From: an uncultured Thermoleophilaceae bacterium
GTDB lineage: Bacteria > Actinomycetota > Thermoleophilia > Solirubrobacterales > Thermoleophilaceae
Assembly (NCBI GenBank): GCA_963802855.1
Contig: CAWDJP010000007.1
Span: 96,035-160,034 of the forward strand
DNA length: 64,000 bases
Direction of reading: 5' to 3'
Below, one piece after another: positions 49,836-59,913 of this stretch. Made by a program: the position numbers and the translations under genes. The number at the start of each line of letters is the position of its first letter. Within the stretch, counting starts at the first letter, position 1. A model generated the notes under the pieces. It made no database searches. It was not told the DNA's origin and saw only the letters and a list, made by a program, of their open reading frames with translations.

Positions 49836-50765
49836 CTAGCGCTTCGAGAACTGCGGGCGCTTGCGGGCCTTCTTCAAGCCCGCCTTCTTGCGCTCCTTGA
49901 CGCGCGGGTCGCGCGTCAGGAAGCCGCGCCGCTTGAGCTCCCCGCGCAGGGCCGGGTCGGCCTCCACCAGCGCGCGCGCGATGCCGTGCCGTAGCGCGCC
50001 GGCCTGAGAAGACACACCGCCCCCGTGGATCTTGGCCACCACGTCCATCCGCTCCTGCTGGCCGACGGTCTCGAGCGGCCCGCGGGCCATCTTCTGGAGC
50101 ACGGGACGGGGGAAGAACTGATCCAGCTGGCGGCCGTTGACCGTGTAGGTCCCCGACCCCGGGCGCAAGATCACTCGCGCCACCGCACGCTTGCGCTTGC
50201 CGGTGGCCTGATAGCGGGCGTCCGCCGCCAGGTCGAGGATCGTGGTGGGCACGGCTGCGGGGGCCTCGGCGCCGGCTTGGGACGGCTCTCCTCCTTCCGC
50301 CTCCAGTGCCTCCTCCGCGGCCTGGATCTGGGCAGCCGTCTGCTCCCCGACGCCCGCCACCTCGGCTCCGGTCTCCTCCTCGAGCACAAGGTCGGGCTCG
50401 AGGTGCGCGCCGGGTATCACCTCCGGCTCGGCTTTGTCGGCCTTCTTGCGCTCGCGCTTGGGGCGGCCGGGGCCTTCCTCGACGACGGCGGGGCCTCCTC
50501 GGCGGGGGCCGGGCTCCTCGGCGGGCGCCGGCTCCTCGGCGGAGGTCGGCTCCTCCTCGTCTGCGGGCGCTTCGTCGCCTGCCGGTGTCTCCTCTTCGGC
50601 CGTGGGCGCGTCGCCCTCTTCGGCCGCGGGCGCCTCGCCCTCGCCGGCCGCGGGCGCCTCCTCGGCTGCCGGCGCCTCCTGCTCGGCCTCAGCGGCCTCG
50701 GGCGCCTCGGCTCCCGGATCCTGCTCCTGCGGAGCGCTGTCGTCGCGGTCGTCGTCGTCGAACAT
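49836..50765 (-). CDS. rpsI: 30S ribosomal protein S9 with a ~180-aa acidic low-complexity N-terminal extension
   Basis: 309-aa ORF. The C-terminal 130 aa are canonical S9 ([47 protein letters not shown]). The ATG at 50765 overlaps the rplM stop (ATGA). The extension keeps G/C-rich third positions. Confidence 0.9.
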   Translation of the reverse strand: MFDDDDRDDSAPQEQDPGAEAPEAAEAEQEAPAAEEAPAAGEGEAPAAEEGDAPTAEEETPAGDEAPADEEEPTSAEEPAPAEEPGPRRGGPAVVEEGPGRPKRERKKADKAEPEVIPGAHLEPDLVLEEETGAEVAGVGEQTAAQIQAAEEALEAEGGEPSQAGAEAPAAVPTTILDLAADARYQATGKRKRAVARVILRPGSGTYTVNGRQLDQFFPRPVLQKMARGPLETVGQQERMDVVAKIHGGGVSSQAGALRHGIARALVEADPALRGELKRRGFLTRDPRVKERKKAGLKKARKRPQFSKR

Positions 50766-51199
50766 CAGGCGTGAATCTCCATCTGCTTGGGCTGTTGGGC
50801 GGCATGGGGGTGATCCGGACCGGCGTAGACCTTGAGCTTGCGCAGCTGTGCGCGCGCCAAGCGGTTGCGGGGCAGCATCCCCTTGACGGCCTTGCGAATG
50901 ACCTCCTCCGGGCGGCGCTCCAACATGTCATTGAGCGTACGCGTCCGCAATCCGCCCGGGTACCCGGAGTAACGGTAGTAGAGCTTCTCCTCGCGCTTAT
51001 TGCCGGTCACGGCGATCTTGTCGGCGTTCACGACGATCACGAAGTCACCGACGTCGCAGTGCGGCGTGTACTCGGGCTTTCGCTTGCCTCTCAGGGTATC
51101 CGCGATCTGGGTCGCGAGCCGGCCCAGGGTCTTGCCCGTCGCGTCGACGACGAGCCACTCGCGCTCGCGGGTCTGGGGTGTGGCCACGTAGGTCTTCAT
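50765..51199 (-). CDS. rplM: 50S ribosomal protein L13
   Basis: 144-aa ORF: [47 protein letters not shown]. Confidence 0.95.
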   Translation of the reverse strand: MKTYVATPQTREREWLVVDATGKTLGRLATQIADTLRGKRKPEYTPHCDVGDFVIVVNADKIAVTGNKREEKLYYRYSGYPGGLRTRTLNDMLERRPEEVIRKAVKGMLPRNRLARAQLRKLKVYAGPDHPHAAQQPKQMEIHA

Positions 51200-51329
51200 C
51201 GTGCAGGGGCCGCGTCAGCCGCAGCCGGCCGGACAGTGTGGCAGATGGTGCAGGGAAGCGACCGCGACCGGCGTGTGGGGCACGCTCCCCGGCATCTGCC
51301 GGATCCGCAGCTATACTGCCGCGCGAATT

Positions 51330-51496
51330 CGAGCCTGCCGAATCCCTGGTGAGCCGCTCTCGCCGGGGAACGGGGGAACCAGTCGGGCGCCGTCGAAACG
51401 GTGTCCGGAGGGGCGAGTCGGCCTCAGCCCGCGAGGGCGCTTGGCCGTAGCGCTGCTCTTTCAGCGCGAGCCCGTCAGCTAACCCCGTAGGCCGGA
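51330..51496 (+). promoter_or_regulatory. Cyclic-di-AMP riboswitch (ydaO/yuaA-type)
   Basis: Recognised from memory of the motif: gccgaatcc..gagc..ggggaacgggggaacca..ggaggggcgagtc..gagcccgtcagctaaccccgtaggccgg. The last block matches the hallmark CCCGNCAGCUAACCNCGUAGGCG 3' element. It ends ~18 nt before the GTG of an M23 cell-wall hydrolase gene, a typical context in Actinobacteria. Confidence 0.7.
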
Positions 51497-51513
51497 GAAA
51501 GAGAGGCCACGCG

Positions 51514-52773
51514 GTGCCGTCGAGGAAGGACTCCTCGAGACACAAAGCAACGGGCACAAGGGGAATTCGCCTATTGGCGTTCCTCACGCTCGTCGCTGGG
51601 CTGACCGGGGCCGCGGCAGGCGCCTCGAACGCCCAGAGCGGCGGCGCCGGCGGAGGGGCGGTCTACGTGCAGACGCCCCGGATCTCCTCGGTGGCGTGTT
51701 TCCGGCGTTGCGCCTCCCGCCGCCGCGCCCGCGCGGGCAGCACCGTACGCGTGATCGGCAGCGGTCTGTCGCGCGTGCGGTGGGTCACCTTCCACGGTAC
51801 CCGCGGCAAGGACGACGACGTCAAGGCGAAGGTGCGACCGGGCAGCGACAGGAGGCTGAACGTTCGCGTTCCGCTCGACGCCGTCACCGGCCCTGTCTCC
51901 GCCGCGGTGTCCAAGCGGCTGCGCTCGCGCCCCGGGCGGCCGTTGGCGATCCTTCCCCCGCCGCCGCCCGAGGCCAATCCGAAGCTCACGCCCGTGCCCG
52001 GCCCGCGCCAGGCAGGAGCCCCGCGGCTGGAGACGGGCACGAGCAGCACGAAGGCCTACTACGGCGCCCGACGCACGGTCACGTTCTCCTATCGGATCAC
52101 CGAGGCCTCCGCCGCCTCCATCCGGGTCGAGCTCGTGAGGGCGCGTGACGGATCGGTGGTGACGGCGTGGACCCCGCCGGCCGATGCCAACGCGGGAAGC
52201 GTGCACAAGCTGGTCTGGAACGGAAACGCCGGTCGCAAGCCCGCCGGCTCGGGCCGGTACTCGTTCCGGCTCACGGTGTCCGGCACGAGCGGAGCGGTCG
52301 CGCGCAGCGCAGCGGCGAAGGACTTCGAGCGCGACGCATTCGATCTCTACGACCACATCTTCCCCGTCCGCGGGCGCCACAACTTCGGCGGCACGGGCGC
52401 CCGCTTCGGGGCGGGGCGGTCGGGCCACAGCCACCAGGGTCACGACGTGATGGCACGCTGCGGTACCAAGATGGTCGCTGCCCGCGGAGGAAAGGTGGAG
52501 TTCAAGGCCTACCACCGCGCCGCCGGCAACTATCTGGTGATCGACGGCGCCGGCACGAGCGTCGACTACGTCTACATGCATCTGGCCGAGCCGACGCCGT
52601 TCGCCTCGGGCGACCGGGTCTACACGGGGCAGCAGATCGGCGCCGTCGGGGAGACCGGCAACGCGCGCGGCTGCCATCTCCATTACGAGATGTGGGGGGC
52701 GCCTGGCTGGTACGACGGCGGCCGGCCCTTCGACCCGCTGCCGCCGCTGCGGGTCTGGGACCGCTGGTCCTAG
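51514..52773 (+). CDS. Secreted M23-family metallopeptidase with N-terminal Ig-like domains
   Basis: 419-aa ORF with a signal peptide and a FlgD-Ig-like segment (VWNGNAGRKPAGSGRYSFRLT). M23 motifs are present: HQGHDV (HxxxD) and CHLHYEMW (HxH). Confidence 0.85.
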   Translation: MPSRKDSSRHKATGTRGIRLLAFLTLVAGLTGAAAGASNAQSGGAGGGAVYVQTPRISSVACFRRCASRRRARAGSTVRVIGSGLSRVRWVTFHGTRGKDDDVKAKVRPGSDRRLNVRVPLDAVTGPVSAAVSKRLRSRPGRPLAILPPPPPEANPKLTPVPGPRQAGAPRLETGTSSTKAYYGARRTVTFSYRITEASAASIRVELVRARDGSVVTAWTPPADANAGSVHKLVWNGNAGRKPAGSGRYSFRLTVSGTSGAVARSAAAKDFERDAFDLYDHIFPVRGRHNFGGTGARFGAGRSGHSHQGHDVMARCGTKMVAARGGKVEFKAYHRAAGNYLVIDGAGTSVDYVYMHLAEPTPFASGDRVYTGQQIGAVGETGNARGCHLHYEMWGAPGWYDGGRPFDPLPPLRVWDRWS

Positions 52774-52828
52774 CCTCCTCGGGGGATCATCCCGCTTTGG
52801 GGGTTCCAGGCGGTACGGTCACCGCGCG

Positions 52829-53665
52829 ATGGCATCCAGGGTCGAGACCGACGCCGCCGCATTCAAGCGCTTCGAGGCCGATGGCTGGAGTGAGCGGGCG
52901 CAGTCGTACGGCCTCCTGACCGGCCGTGCCACGGCCGAGGTCTGCGTTCCCCTGCTCGATGCGGCGGGGGTCGGCGAGGGCATGCACGTTCTCGACATCG
53001 CCTGCGGACCCGGCCATCTGTCCGCGGCGGCGGCCCTCCGCGGCGCGCACCCGGTCGGGATCGACCTCTCCGAGGGGATGCTCGCCGAGGCGCGCCGCGC
53101 AAACCCGGGCGTTCCCTTCCGCTCGGGCGATGCCGAGCAGCTCCCGTTCGCCGATGGTCATTTCGACGCCGCCTTCGCCGGCTTCGTCTTCAACCATCTG
53201 CCCAACCCAGAGCGGGCCGCGGCCGAGGCGGTCCGGGTGGCGAGGCATGGGGCGCAGGTTGCGATCTCCGTGTGGGATCGGCCCGAGCGCACCCGTCTGA
53301 TCGGCCTCCTCGGCGACGCGCTCGAGGCGGTCGGTGCCGACCGCAACGCCGGGCGGCCACCGGGTCCCGACAGCTTCCGTTTCGCAACCGATGCCGAGCT
53401 GGAAGCGCTCCTCGAAGGGGCCGGGCTGGACGGCGTGAGGGCGGACACCATCGCGTTCACGGTCCGCGCCGAGGACACCGAAGAGCTCTGGAACGGCATG
53501 CTCGGGGGGTCGGTGCGGGCGTCGAGCGCCGTCCTGGCGCAGCCTCCGGAGGTCCAGACTCGGGTGCGCGCGGCCTTCAACGAGCTGGTCGCGGACTTCG
53601 CGCTCCGGGAGGGCGGCCTCGCAGTGCCGGCGGTGGTGAAGATCGGTTCCGGACGGCGGCCGTGA
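52829..53665 (+). CDS. Class I SAM-dependent methyltransferase
   Basis: 278-aa ORF: VLDIACGPGHLS (motif I) and LPFADGHFDAAFAGFVFNHL. Confidence 0.8.
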   Translation: MASRVETDAAAFKRFEADGWSERAQSYGLLTGRATAEVCVPLLDAAGVGEGMHVLDIACGPGHLSAAAALRGAHPVGIDLSEGMLAEARRANPGVPFRSGDAEQLPFADGHFDAAFAGFVFNHLPNPERAAAEAVRVARHGAQVAISVWDRPERTRLIGLLGDALEAVGADRNAGRPPGPDSFRFATDAELEALLEGAGLDGVRADTIAFTVRAEDTEELWNGMLGGSVRASSAVLAQPPEVQTRVRAAFNELVADFALREGGLAVPAVVKIGSGRRP

Positions 53666-55011
53666 GCACGACGGGGCTTCTGCGGGCCGCCGTCGAGCAG
53701 GGCGCCACCGACTCCCTCGCCGCCGACTACCTCGAGGGCGCTCGCCTCGATGCGAGCCTGCGCGGCGCTCGGCACGTGGCGAGCGGCCCCGGCGAGATCA
53801 CCCCCCTGATCTCCGAGTGGTGGTCGGAGCCGGCCACGCTCGCGGAGTTCACGGTTGCGGAGTTCGACGACGGCGTGGCGGTGTGGCTGGAGCGAGTGGA
53901 CGGCGATGGCAGGCCCGAGCGCCAGCGCCACTACATCAGGCGCGACGGCGAGGGCATCCGCGGGCACTGGATCTACTCCGCCCCGCCGCGCACGCCCCCG
54001 GACGGGGCCGCGCGAGCCGACGTCGCGGCGCCAGGTCCGGAGCTCCTCGCGCACGTGGGAGACGTGGCCGCCCTGCGGCCGATGACCTCGACCGGCTGGT
54101 CGGGCGCGGCGCTGTGGTGGGTGGAGCTCGACGGCGGGGAGCGGCTGGTGGCCAAGCACGTTGTGGCCGATGCCGACTGGCTCTCCCGTGCCACGGGCGC
54201 GGTGGCCCGCGAGGGCCTGTTCTTCGCTGACGGGATCTACGCGCGGATGCCGCACGCGATCGACCCCGCGGCGGTGTTCGCAGCGGCCGACGGCGATGGC
54301 TGGTGGGTCCTCAGCCGCGACGTCTCGGCCGTGCTGTTCGACGCGGACTCCATCATCCCGCGCGATACGAGCCGCGTGATCCTCGCCGCCGCCGACGGGA
54401 TGTGGAAGGAGTTCTGGGGCGATCGAGTGCCGAACGCGAGCGCGCTGACCGACCGGCTGCACTGCGCGGCTCCCTCGCTGGCGAGCGTCGAGCGTGACGG
54501 GACAGACCTGCTGCCCAAGCAGTTCGAGGCCGCTTGGGCGGCCTTCGGCGCGGCCGTGGGCGACGAGCTCGGTGAGGCGATCGTGAGCCTGGTTGAAGAT
54601 CCCGCGCCGCTTGTCGCGGCGCTCGACTCCTGCGGCACGACGCTCATCCACGGCGACCTGCGCGACGAGAACATCGGCATCGACGGCGACCGCGTGGTGG
54701 CGCTCGACTGGGGCCTCGCGACACAGGGCCATCCGGTGGTCGAGCTCGCCTGGTACCTGATGCACGATGCTTGGCGCATCGACGCCACGCCGGATCAGAT
54801 CGTGGAGGACTTCCGCCGCGTGCGCGGCGAGGACGACGACCCCCGGGCCAACGAGCTGCTGGGCGTCGTCGGCCTGGTGCAGTACGGATGGATCCTGGGC
54901 CACAGCGCAGTGGTGCACCCCGACCCGGCGGAGCGGGCATGGGCACGGGAGGAGCTGGACTGGTGGGCGCCGCTCGCGCGGCGCGGACTCGAGGCGATAG
55001 GAGGAACGTGA
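53662..55011 (+). CDS. Phosphotransferase (APH-like kinase) with an extra ~110-aa N-terminal domain
   Basis: ORF 53272-55011 trimmed to the GTG at 53662, which overlaps the methyltransferase stop (GTGA). The kinase core is LIHGDLRDENIGIDGDRVVALDWG. The N-terminal part (ISEWWSEPATLAEFTVAEFDDGVAVWLERVD..) may be NTF2/SnoaL-like; this is a guess. Confidence 0.7.
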   Translation: MSTTGLLRAAVEQGATDSLAADYLEGARLDASLRGARHVASGPGEITPLISEWWSEPATLAEFTVAEFDDGVAVWLERVDGDGRPERQRHYIRRDGEGIRGHWIYSAPPRTPPDGAARADVAAPGPELLAHVGDVAALRPMTSTGWSGAALWWVELDGGERLVAKHVVADADWLSRATGAVAREGLFFADGIYARMPHAIDPAAVFAAADGDGWWVLSRDVSAVLFDADSIIPRDTSRVILAAADGMWKEFWGDRVPNASALTDRLHCAAPSLASVERDGTDLLPKQFEAAWAAFGAAVGDELGEAIVSLVEDPAPLVAALDSCGTTLIHGDLRDENIGIDGDRVVALDWGLATQGHPVVELAWYLMHDAWRIDATPDQIVEDFRRVRGEDDDPRANELLGVVGLVQYGWILGHSAVVHPDPAERAWAREELDWWAPLARRGLEAIGGT

Positions 55012-55400
55012 GCGACTACACGGTGAAGAAGCTGGAGGACGCGCCCGACATGCTGGGCGACTACCCGGGTGAGCTGCGGATGCTCACCGACACGCTGGGC
55101 AACGAGCAGGTGGCCCTCAGCTGGCGTCGGATGCCCCCGGACACCGGCGGCCGCGGCAGCTACGGCCACTTCCACAAGACCCAGGAAGAGGTCTACCTCG
55201 TGATCTCTGGCACGCTCACGTTCAAGTGCGGCGAGGACGAGTTTCAGGCCGGGCCCGGCACGGCCGTGCGCATGTCCCCGTCCACGGTGCGCAGCGTCCA
55301 CAACGACACGGATGAGGACGTGGTGCTTGTCATGACATCGGTGCGGGTCGACGACCTGATGGCGGAAGGCGAGACGGTGCCGGACTTCTGGCCGCGCTAG
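55008..55400 (+). CDS. Cupin-domain protein
   Basis: GTG at 55008 overlaps the upstream stop. GSYGHFHKTQEEVYLVISGTLTFKCGEDEFQAGPGTAVRMSPSTVRSVHN shows the cupin motif pattern. Confidence 0.7.
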   Translation: MSDYTVKKLEDAPDMLGDYPGELRMLTDTLGNEQVALSWRRMPPDTGGRGSYGHFHKTQEEVYLVISGTLTFKCGEDEFQAGPGTAVRMSPSTVRSVHNDTDEDVVLVMTSVRVDDLMAEGETVPDFWPR

Positions 55401-55423
55401 CGGCCGATCGATCAGTCGCGGCT

Positions 55424-56800
55424 CTACCTGCGCCCGACCAGCGTGTGGAACAGGTCGGTCTGATCGCGCACGCCGAGCACGTTTGACGCCTGCGGGCCGA
55501 TCGCGGCCACGCCGACGCGCGCGCCCGTATGTCCCTGTATCGCGGGGTTCTTCGCGGTGCCGTAGGAGACCCGCAGCGGCGCGCCGTCGGCTGTCTGCAC
55601 CGTGGCGTAGAAGCCGGGTGTGTCGACGGTCTCGCCCACGATCTGGCTCGCCTGCGAGTGATCCGCCGTCACCACAACGAGCGTGTCCCGGTGCCGGCGC
55701 TGGTAGGCGAGCGCCGTCTTGACGGCGTCGTCGAGCTGCTTGGTCTCGCCGATCTGGCCGCAGAGGTCGGAGGCGTGGTCGCGCTTGTCGATCGAGGACG
55801 ACTCGACCTGAAGGAAGAACCCATCGCGGTCGGCACTCAGTAGCTCGATCGCCTTGGCTGTCATCGCGCCCAGGCTCGGCTCGGTGGCCGGGCGGTTGTT
55901 CTCGGCGCAGCGGGTCGTCGGAGACCCCGACCCGGGGGTGGGCGCCGCGATGAGCGGCGCGAACTGCGTCGTCAGGTTTCCGGCCTTGAAGAGACCGAGG
56001 AGGGGCTTGCTCTTCACGCTGTCGACCGCCGCGAGCTCAGCCGCATTCGTGACGTAGCGGAAGCCCTTCGTCTGCGCGTAGTCGATCACGTTGCCGCTGC
56101 CGTCGTCGAGCGCCTGCTCGAAGTTGTCCCGCCCGCCGCCGAGGTTCACGTCGAGGCGGTGGTCCACCTGCTGCTCGGCGATCGAGCCGAGGCCACCGGC
56201 GGCCTTGGTCTCCTTCGGGCATGACGCACGCGTGTCGGCGGGACCTTGGCAGAACCGCAGCGAGATGTGGGAGGACGGCGCCGCCGGGGTCGCGTCCGTG
56301 AGCTCGGAGGTCGCGACGTTGCCGATCGCCTTGCCGCGGGCCTTCATGATCTCGAAGGTCGTCTTGAAGCCCGCGTTCGAGCCCGGCACGTTCAGCCCGG
56401 TGCTCGGGCCCTGCGAGACCCGCGTGTCGGTCGTCTTCTTCCCGGTCGACCAGGCCGTGGCCGTCGGGGCCGAGTCCGGGGTGTAGTTCGGCTCGTAGTC
56501 CGGCCCGGGGCCGTAGTGGAGGACCCAGGTGAGCAGCTCGCCGGTGAACGGGAGCGTCTCGTAGGCCATCGGCGCTCCCTTCGCGCCGTTGAGGTAGTAG
56601 CGGCCGATGGTCAGCTCGCTGGCGCCCGCGCCGTCGCCCACGACGAGGATGACGTTCTTGGGCTTGGAGGAGTCGATCGCCTTGACGATCGAGCGCGAGT
56701 TGTCCTTGGCTCCCCAGCCGCCCGCGATCACCGTGCCCGCGGATGCGGCCAACGCGATGAGGACGACCGAGAGGACGACGGTTCGCTGCCTGGTCAGCAT
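55424..56800 (-). CDS. Alkaline phosphatase (PhoA family), secreted
   Basis: 458-aa ORF with a signal/TM segment, VVGDGAGASE and TPDSAPTATAWSTGKKT (active-site Ser region), and TADHSQ. Confidence 0.85.
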   Translation of the reverse strand: MLTRQRTVVLSVVLIALAASAGTVIAGGWGAKDNSRSIVKAIDSSKPKNVILVVGDGAGASELTIGRYYLNGAKGAPMAYETLPFTGELLTWVLHYGPGPDYEPNYTPDSAPTATAWSTGKKTTDTRVSQGPSTGLNVPGSNAGFKTTFEIMKARGKAIGNVATSELTDATPAAPSSHISLRFCQGPADTRASCPKETKAAGGLGSIAEQQVDHRLDVNLGGGRDNFEQALDDGSGNVIDYAQTKGFRYVTNAAELAAVDSVKSKPLLGLFKAGNLTTQFAPLIAAPTPGSGSPTTRCAENNRPATEPSLGAMTAKAIELLSADRDGFFLQVESSSIDKRDHASDLCGQIGETKQLDDAVKTALAYQRRHRDTLVVVTADHSQASQIVGETVDTPGFYATVQTADGAPLRVSYGTAKNPAIQGHTGARVGVAAIGPQASNVLGVRDQTDLFHTLVGRR

Positions 56801-56916
56801 CGGACTCCTTCGCTTGGGGCGGTGGGACGGCGCCTCCCGGGGGAGCGGCGCGAGTCTAAAGCGGCGCCGAGGGAGCGTGCGCCGGCTGATCGGTCAACCG
56901 CCGTGCAACTCGCCGC

Positions 56917-58440
56917 CTACTCCCACTCAATCGTCCCCGGCGGCTTGGACGTCACGTCCAGCACCACCCGGTTGACCTGGCGGATCTCGTTGATCATCCG
57001 TGAGGCGATCCGTTCCAGCAGGTCGTACGGCAGCCGTGCCCAGTCGGCGGTCATGGCGTCGTCGCTCGTGACCGCGCGGATGACCACCACGTAGCCGTAG
57101 GTGCGCTCGTCGCCCTGGACGCCGACCGTGCGCAGGTCGCCCGGGAGCACGCAGAAGGACTGCCACAGCTCGCGGTACAGCCCCGCGCCGCGGATCTCGT
57201 CCTGCAGCACGTAGTCGGCGTCGCGCAGGATCTCCAGCCGCTCCTTGGTCACCTCGCCGCCCACGATCCGGATGCCTAGGCCCGGACCGGGGAACGGCTG
57301 GCGCCAGACGAGCCGCTCGGGCAGTCCCAGCTCGATGCCGACCTGGCGGACCTCGTCCTTGAACAGCGAGCGCAGCGGCTCGACCAGCTCGAACTCGAGG
57401 TCCTCGGGCAGTCCGCCGACGTTGTGGTGTGACTTGATCGTGGCCGCGCCCGTGCCGCCGCCGGACTCGATCACGTCGGAGTAGAGCGTCCCCTGCACGA
57501 GGTAGCCGGGGCTCCCGAGCTTGGCCGCCTCCTCCTCGAACACGCGGATGAACTCCGCGCCGATCGCCTTCCGCTTGGCCTCGGGCTCGGTCACACCGGC
57601 CAGGCGCTCGAGGAAGCGCTCCTCCGCATCGACCGCCACGAGCGGGACCTTGAACGTGTCGCGGAAGGCCGCGACCACCTGCTCGCCCTCGTTCTTTCTC
57701 ATCAGGCCGTGGTCGACGAACACGCAGGTGAGCTGGTCCCCCACCGCACGGTGGACGAGCAGCGCCGCCACGGAAGAGTCGACGCCCCCGGAAAGGCCGC
57801 AGATCACCCGCCCGTCGCCCACCTGCTCGCGGATGCGGCGGATCTGCTCCTCCGCCACCGATGCGGCGTTCCACGACATGTCGCAGCCGCAGATCTCCTC
57901 GAGGAAGCGCGTGAGGATCTGGGTGCCGTACGGCGTGTGGACGACCTCGGGGTGGAACTGGATCCCGTACAGGCCGCGCTCGACGTCCTCGAACGCGGCG
58001 ACCGGGGACTCGGAGGACGAGGCGAGCGCCGTGGCGCCCGGATGGGCCTCGAAGACGGTGTCGCGGTGGCTCATCCAGCAGCTCTGCTCGGACGGGAGGC
58101 CCGCCAGCAGCCGGCCTGGCTCGTGGACGGTCAAGCGCGAGCGGCCGAACTCGCCGACCTCGGCGCTCTCGACGCGCCCGCCGAGCTGCAGCACCATCGC
58201 CTGCATCCCGTAACAGATGCCCAACACCGGGATCCCGAGCTCGAGCAGCTCCGGCCTCAGCGCGGGCGCCTCAGGCGCGTACACGGAGGCGGGCCCGCCC
58301 GAGAGGATCAGGCCTCGCGGCGCACGCTCACGAATCTCCTCCAGCGGGACGTGATGCGGCAGCAGCTCGCTGAAGACGCCGCACTCGCGGACGCGCCGCG
58401 CGATCAGCTGTGAGTACTGCCCCCCGAAGTCGAGGACCAA
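56917..58440 (-). CDS. guaA: GMP synthase (glutamine-hydrolysing)
   Basis: 507-aa ORF: [15 protein letters not shown], and the C-terminal PPGTIEWE. The track start is a TTG. An ATG at 58451 would give the more typical [11 protein letters not shown] if one g is missing near 58443-58446. Confidence 0.9.
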   Translation of the reverse strand: MVLDFGGQYSQLIARRVRECGVFSELLPHHVPLEEIRERAPRGLILSGGPASVYAPEAPALRPELLELGIPVLGICYGMQAMVLQLGGRVESAEVGEFGRSRLTVHEPGRLLAGLPSEQSCWMSHRDTVFEAHPGATALASSSESPVAAFEDVERGLYGIQFHPEVVHTPYGTQILTRFLEEICGCDMSWNAASVAEEQIRRIREQVGDGRVICGLSGGVDSSVAALLVHRAVGDQLTCVFVDHGLMRKNEGEQVVAAFRDTFKVPLVAVDAEERFLERLAGVTEPEAKRKAIGAEFIRVFEEEAAKLGSPGYLVQGTLYSDVIESGGGTGAATIKSHHNVGGLPEDLEFELVEPLRSLFKDEVRQVGIELGLPERLVWRQPFPGPGLGIRIVGGEVTKERLEILRDADYVLQDEIRGAGLYRELWQSFCVLPGDLRTVGVQGDERTYGYVVVIRAVTSDDAMTADWARLPYDLLERIASRMINEIRQVNRVVLDVTSKPPGTIEWE

Positions 58441-58585
58441 GACCTCGTCATGAGTCGCTGCCGACGCGGCACCTCCTCCCGCCCGATGACCGGCGCCTCG
58501 CTTCGTCCTCGGTCGCTCGAGTGCAGAGCACGCGGCGCTCCCTGCGTCCTCGCGATGCTTGGTCGTCGAACGGCAGGGCCGTCAG

Positions 58586-59833
58586 TCACTCGACGAGCGC
58601 CGCGTCGGAGGCTGGCGGCGAGCCGTTCGTGACCCCGTCCGCCGCCGGCGCCGCCTTCGCCGCCGACTGGGCGCCCATCCCGATCGCCTGATCGCGCTGG
58701 AGCTGCTTGCCCTCGGTCTGCAGCGACGGCGCCACCATCACCTCCGCGCGATGGAACGAGGGGATGTCCTCGTAGCCGCAGGTGGCCATTGAGGTGCGCA
58801 GGCTTCCCATCAGGTTGAAGGTGCCGTCGTTCTCATGGGCGGGGCCGAGCAGGATCTGCTCGAGTGAGCCGTTCTGGGTGGTCTTGACGCGCGCCCCGCG
58901 GGGCAGCTCGGGGTGGAAGGTGGCCATGCCCCAGTGGTAGCCGTGGCCGGGCGCCTCGTACGCACGGGCGAGCGGCGAGCCGATCATCACGGCGTCGGCG
59001 CCGCAGGCGAACGCCTTCGAGATGTCGCCGCCGTTGCGCATGCCGCCGTCGGCGATGACCTTCACGTACTCGCCGGTTTCGAGCATGTGCTGGGAGCGGG
59101 CCGCTGCGACGTCGGCGATCGCGGTGGCCTGGGGAACCCCGATCCCGAGCACGCCGCGCGTGGTGCAGGCGGCGCCGGGGCCCACGCCCACGAGCACGCC
59201 CTTGGCGCCCGTGCGCATGAGGTGCAGGCCGGTGGCGTACGACGCGCAGCCCCCGACGATGACGGGGAGCGGCACCTCGCGGATGAACTCCTTCAGGTTC
59301 AGCGGGGGGCGCGACTCGTCGGTCGAGACGTGCTCGGCCGAGATCACGGTGCCCTGGATCACGAGGATGTCGAGCCCGGCCTCGAGCGCGACCTCGTAGT
59401 GCTTGCGCACCCGCTGTGGCGTGAGCGAGGCGGCGCAGACGACCCCCTGGTCCTTGATCTCGCGGATCCGCTGCGCGATCAGCTCCGGCTTGATCGGCTC
59501 CTGGTAGATGCGCTGCATCTCCGCCGTGGCGCGGTCCTTGTCGAACCCCGCGATCCGCTCGAGCTGCTCCTCGGCGTCCTCATAGCGGCAGAAGACGCCC
59601 TCGAGGTTGAGCACGGCGAGGCCGCCGAGCTTGCCAATGACACCCGCGGTGTGGGGCGAGACGACGCCGTCCATGGCGGCCGCCAGCAGCGGCAACTTGA
59701 ACTGGTAGAGGCCGATCTCGCAGGAGATGTCGATGTCGTCGGGGTCCCGCGTGCGGCGGGACGGGACTATCGCGATGTCATCGAAGCCGTAGGCGCGGCG
59801 GCCCTTCTTGCCCCGACCGATCTCAACTTCCAT
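58586..59833 (-). CDS. GuaB3-type IMP dehydrogenase-related protein (no CBS insert)
   Basis: 415-aa ORF: YGFDDIAIVPSRRTRDP, VIADGGMRNGGDISKAFACGADAVMIGS. It lacks the CBS pair of canonical GuaB. Confidence 0.85.
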   Translation of the reverse strand: MEVEIGRGKKGRRAYGFDDIAIVPSRRTRDPDDIDISCEIGLYQFKLPLLAAAMDGVVSPHTAGVIGKLGGLAVLNLEGVFCRYEDAEEQLERIAGFDKDRATAEMQRIYQEPIKPELIAQRIREIKDQGVVCAASLTPQRVRKHYEVALEAGLDILVIQGTVISAEHVSTDESRPPLNLKEFIREVPLPVIVGGCASYATGLHLMRTGAKGVLVGVGPGAACTTRGVLGIGVPQATAIADVAAARSQHMLETGEYVKVIADGGMRNGGDISKAFACGADAVMIGSPLARAYEAPGHGYHWGMATFHPELPRGARVKTTQNGSLEQILLGPAHENDGTFNLMGSLRTSMATCGYEDIPSFHRAEVMVAPSLQTEGKQLQRDQAIGMGAQSAAKAAPAADGVTNGSPPASDAALVE

Positions 59834-59913
59834 GGCGGCATCCTAGGTTCGGCGGCGGACGAAAGGACACCGTAGCATCGGCCCCTGAGGGCGCTCGGCC
59901 GCGTCGCGTCGGA

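Noticed and set aside
49836-50765. Repetitive gag/gcc/ccg-rich DNA in rpsI as a possible tandem repeat or CRISPR-like array
   Set aside because: There are no regularly spaced identical repeats. The periodicity is codon-level low complexity (Ala/Glu/Pro) within one continuous, codon-biased reading frame.
53272-53661. 5' extension of the kinase ORF (579 aa from 53272), suggesting a much larger protein overlapping the methyltransferase
   Set aside because: The extension is the out-of-frame, Arg/Gly-rich translation of the methyltransferase gene. A GTG at 53662 overlapping the methyltransferase stop gives a sensible coupled start.
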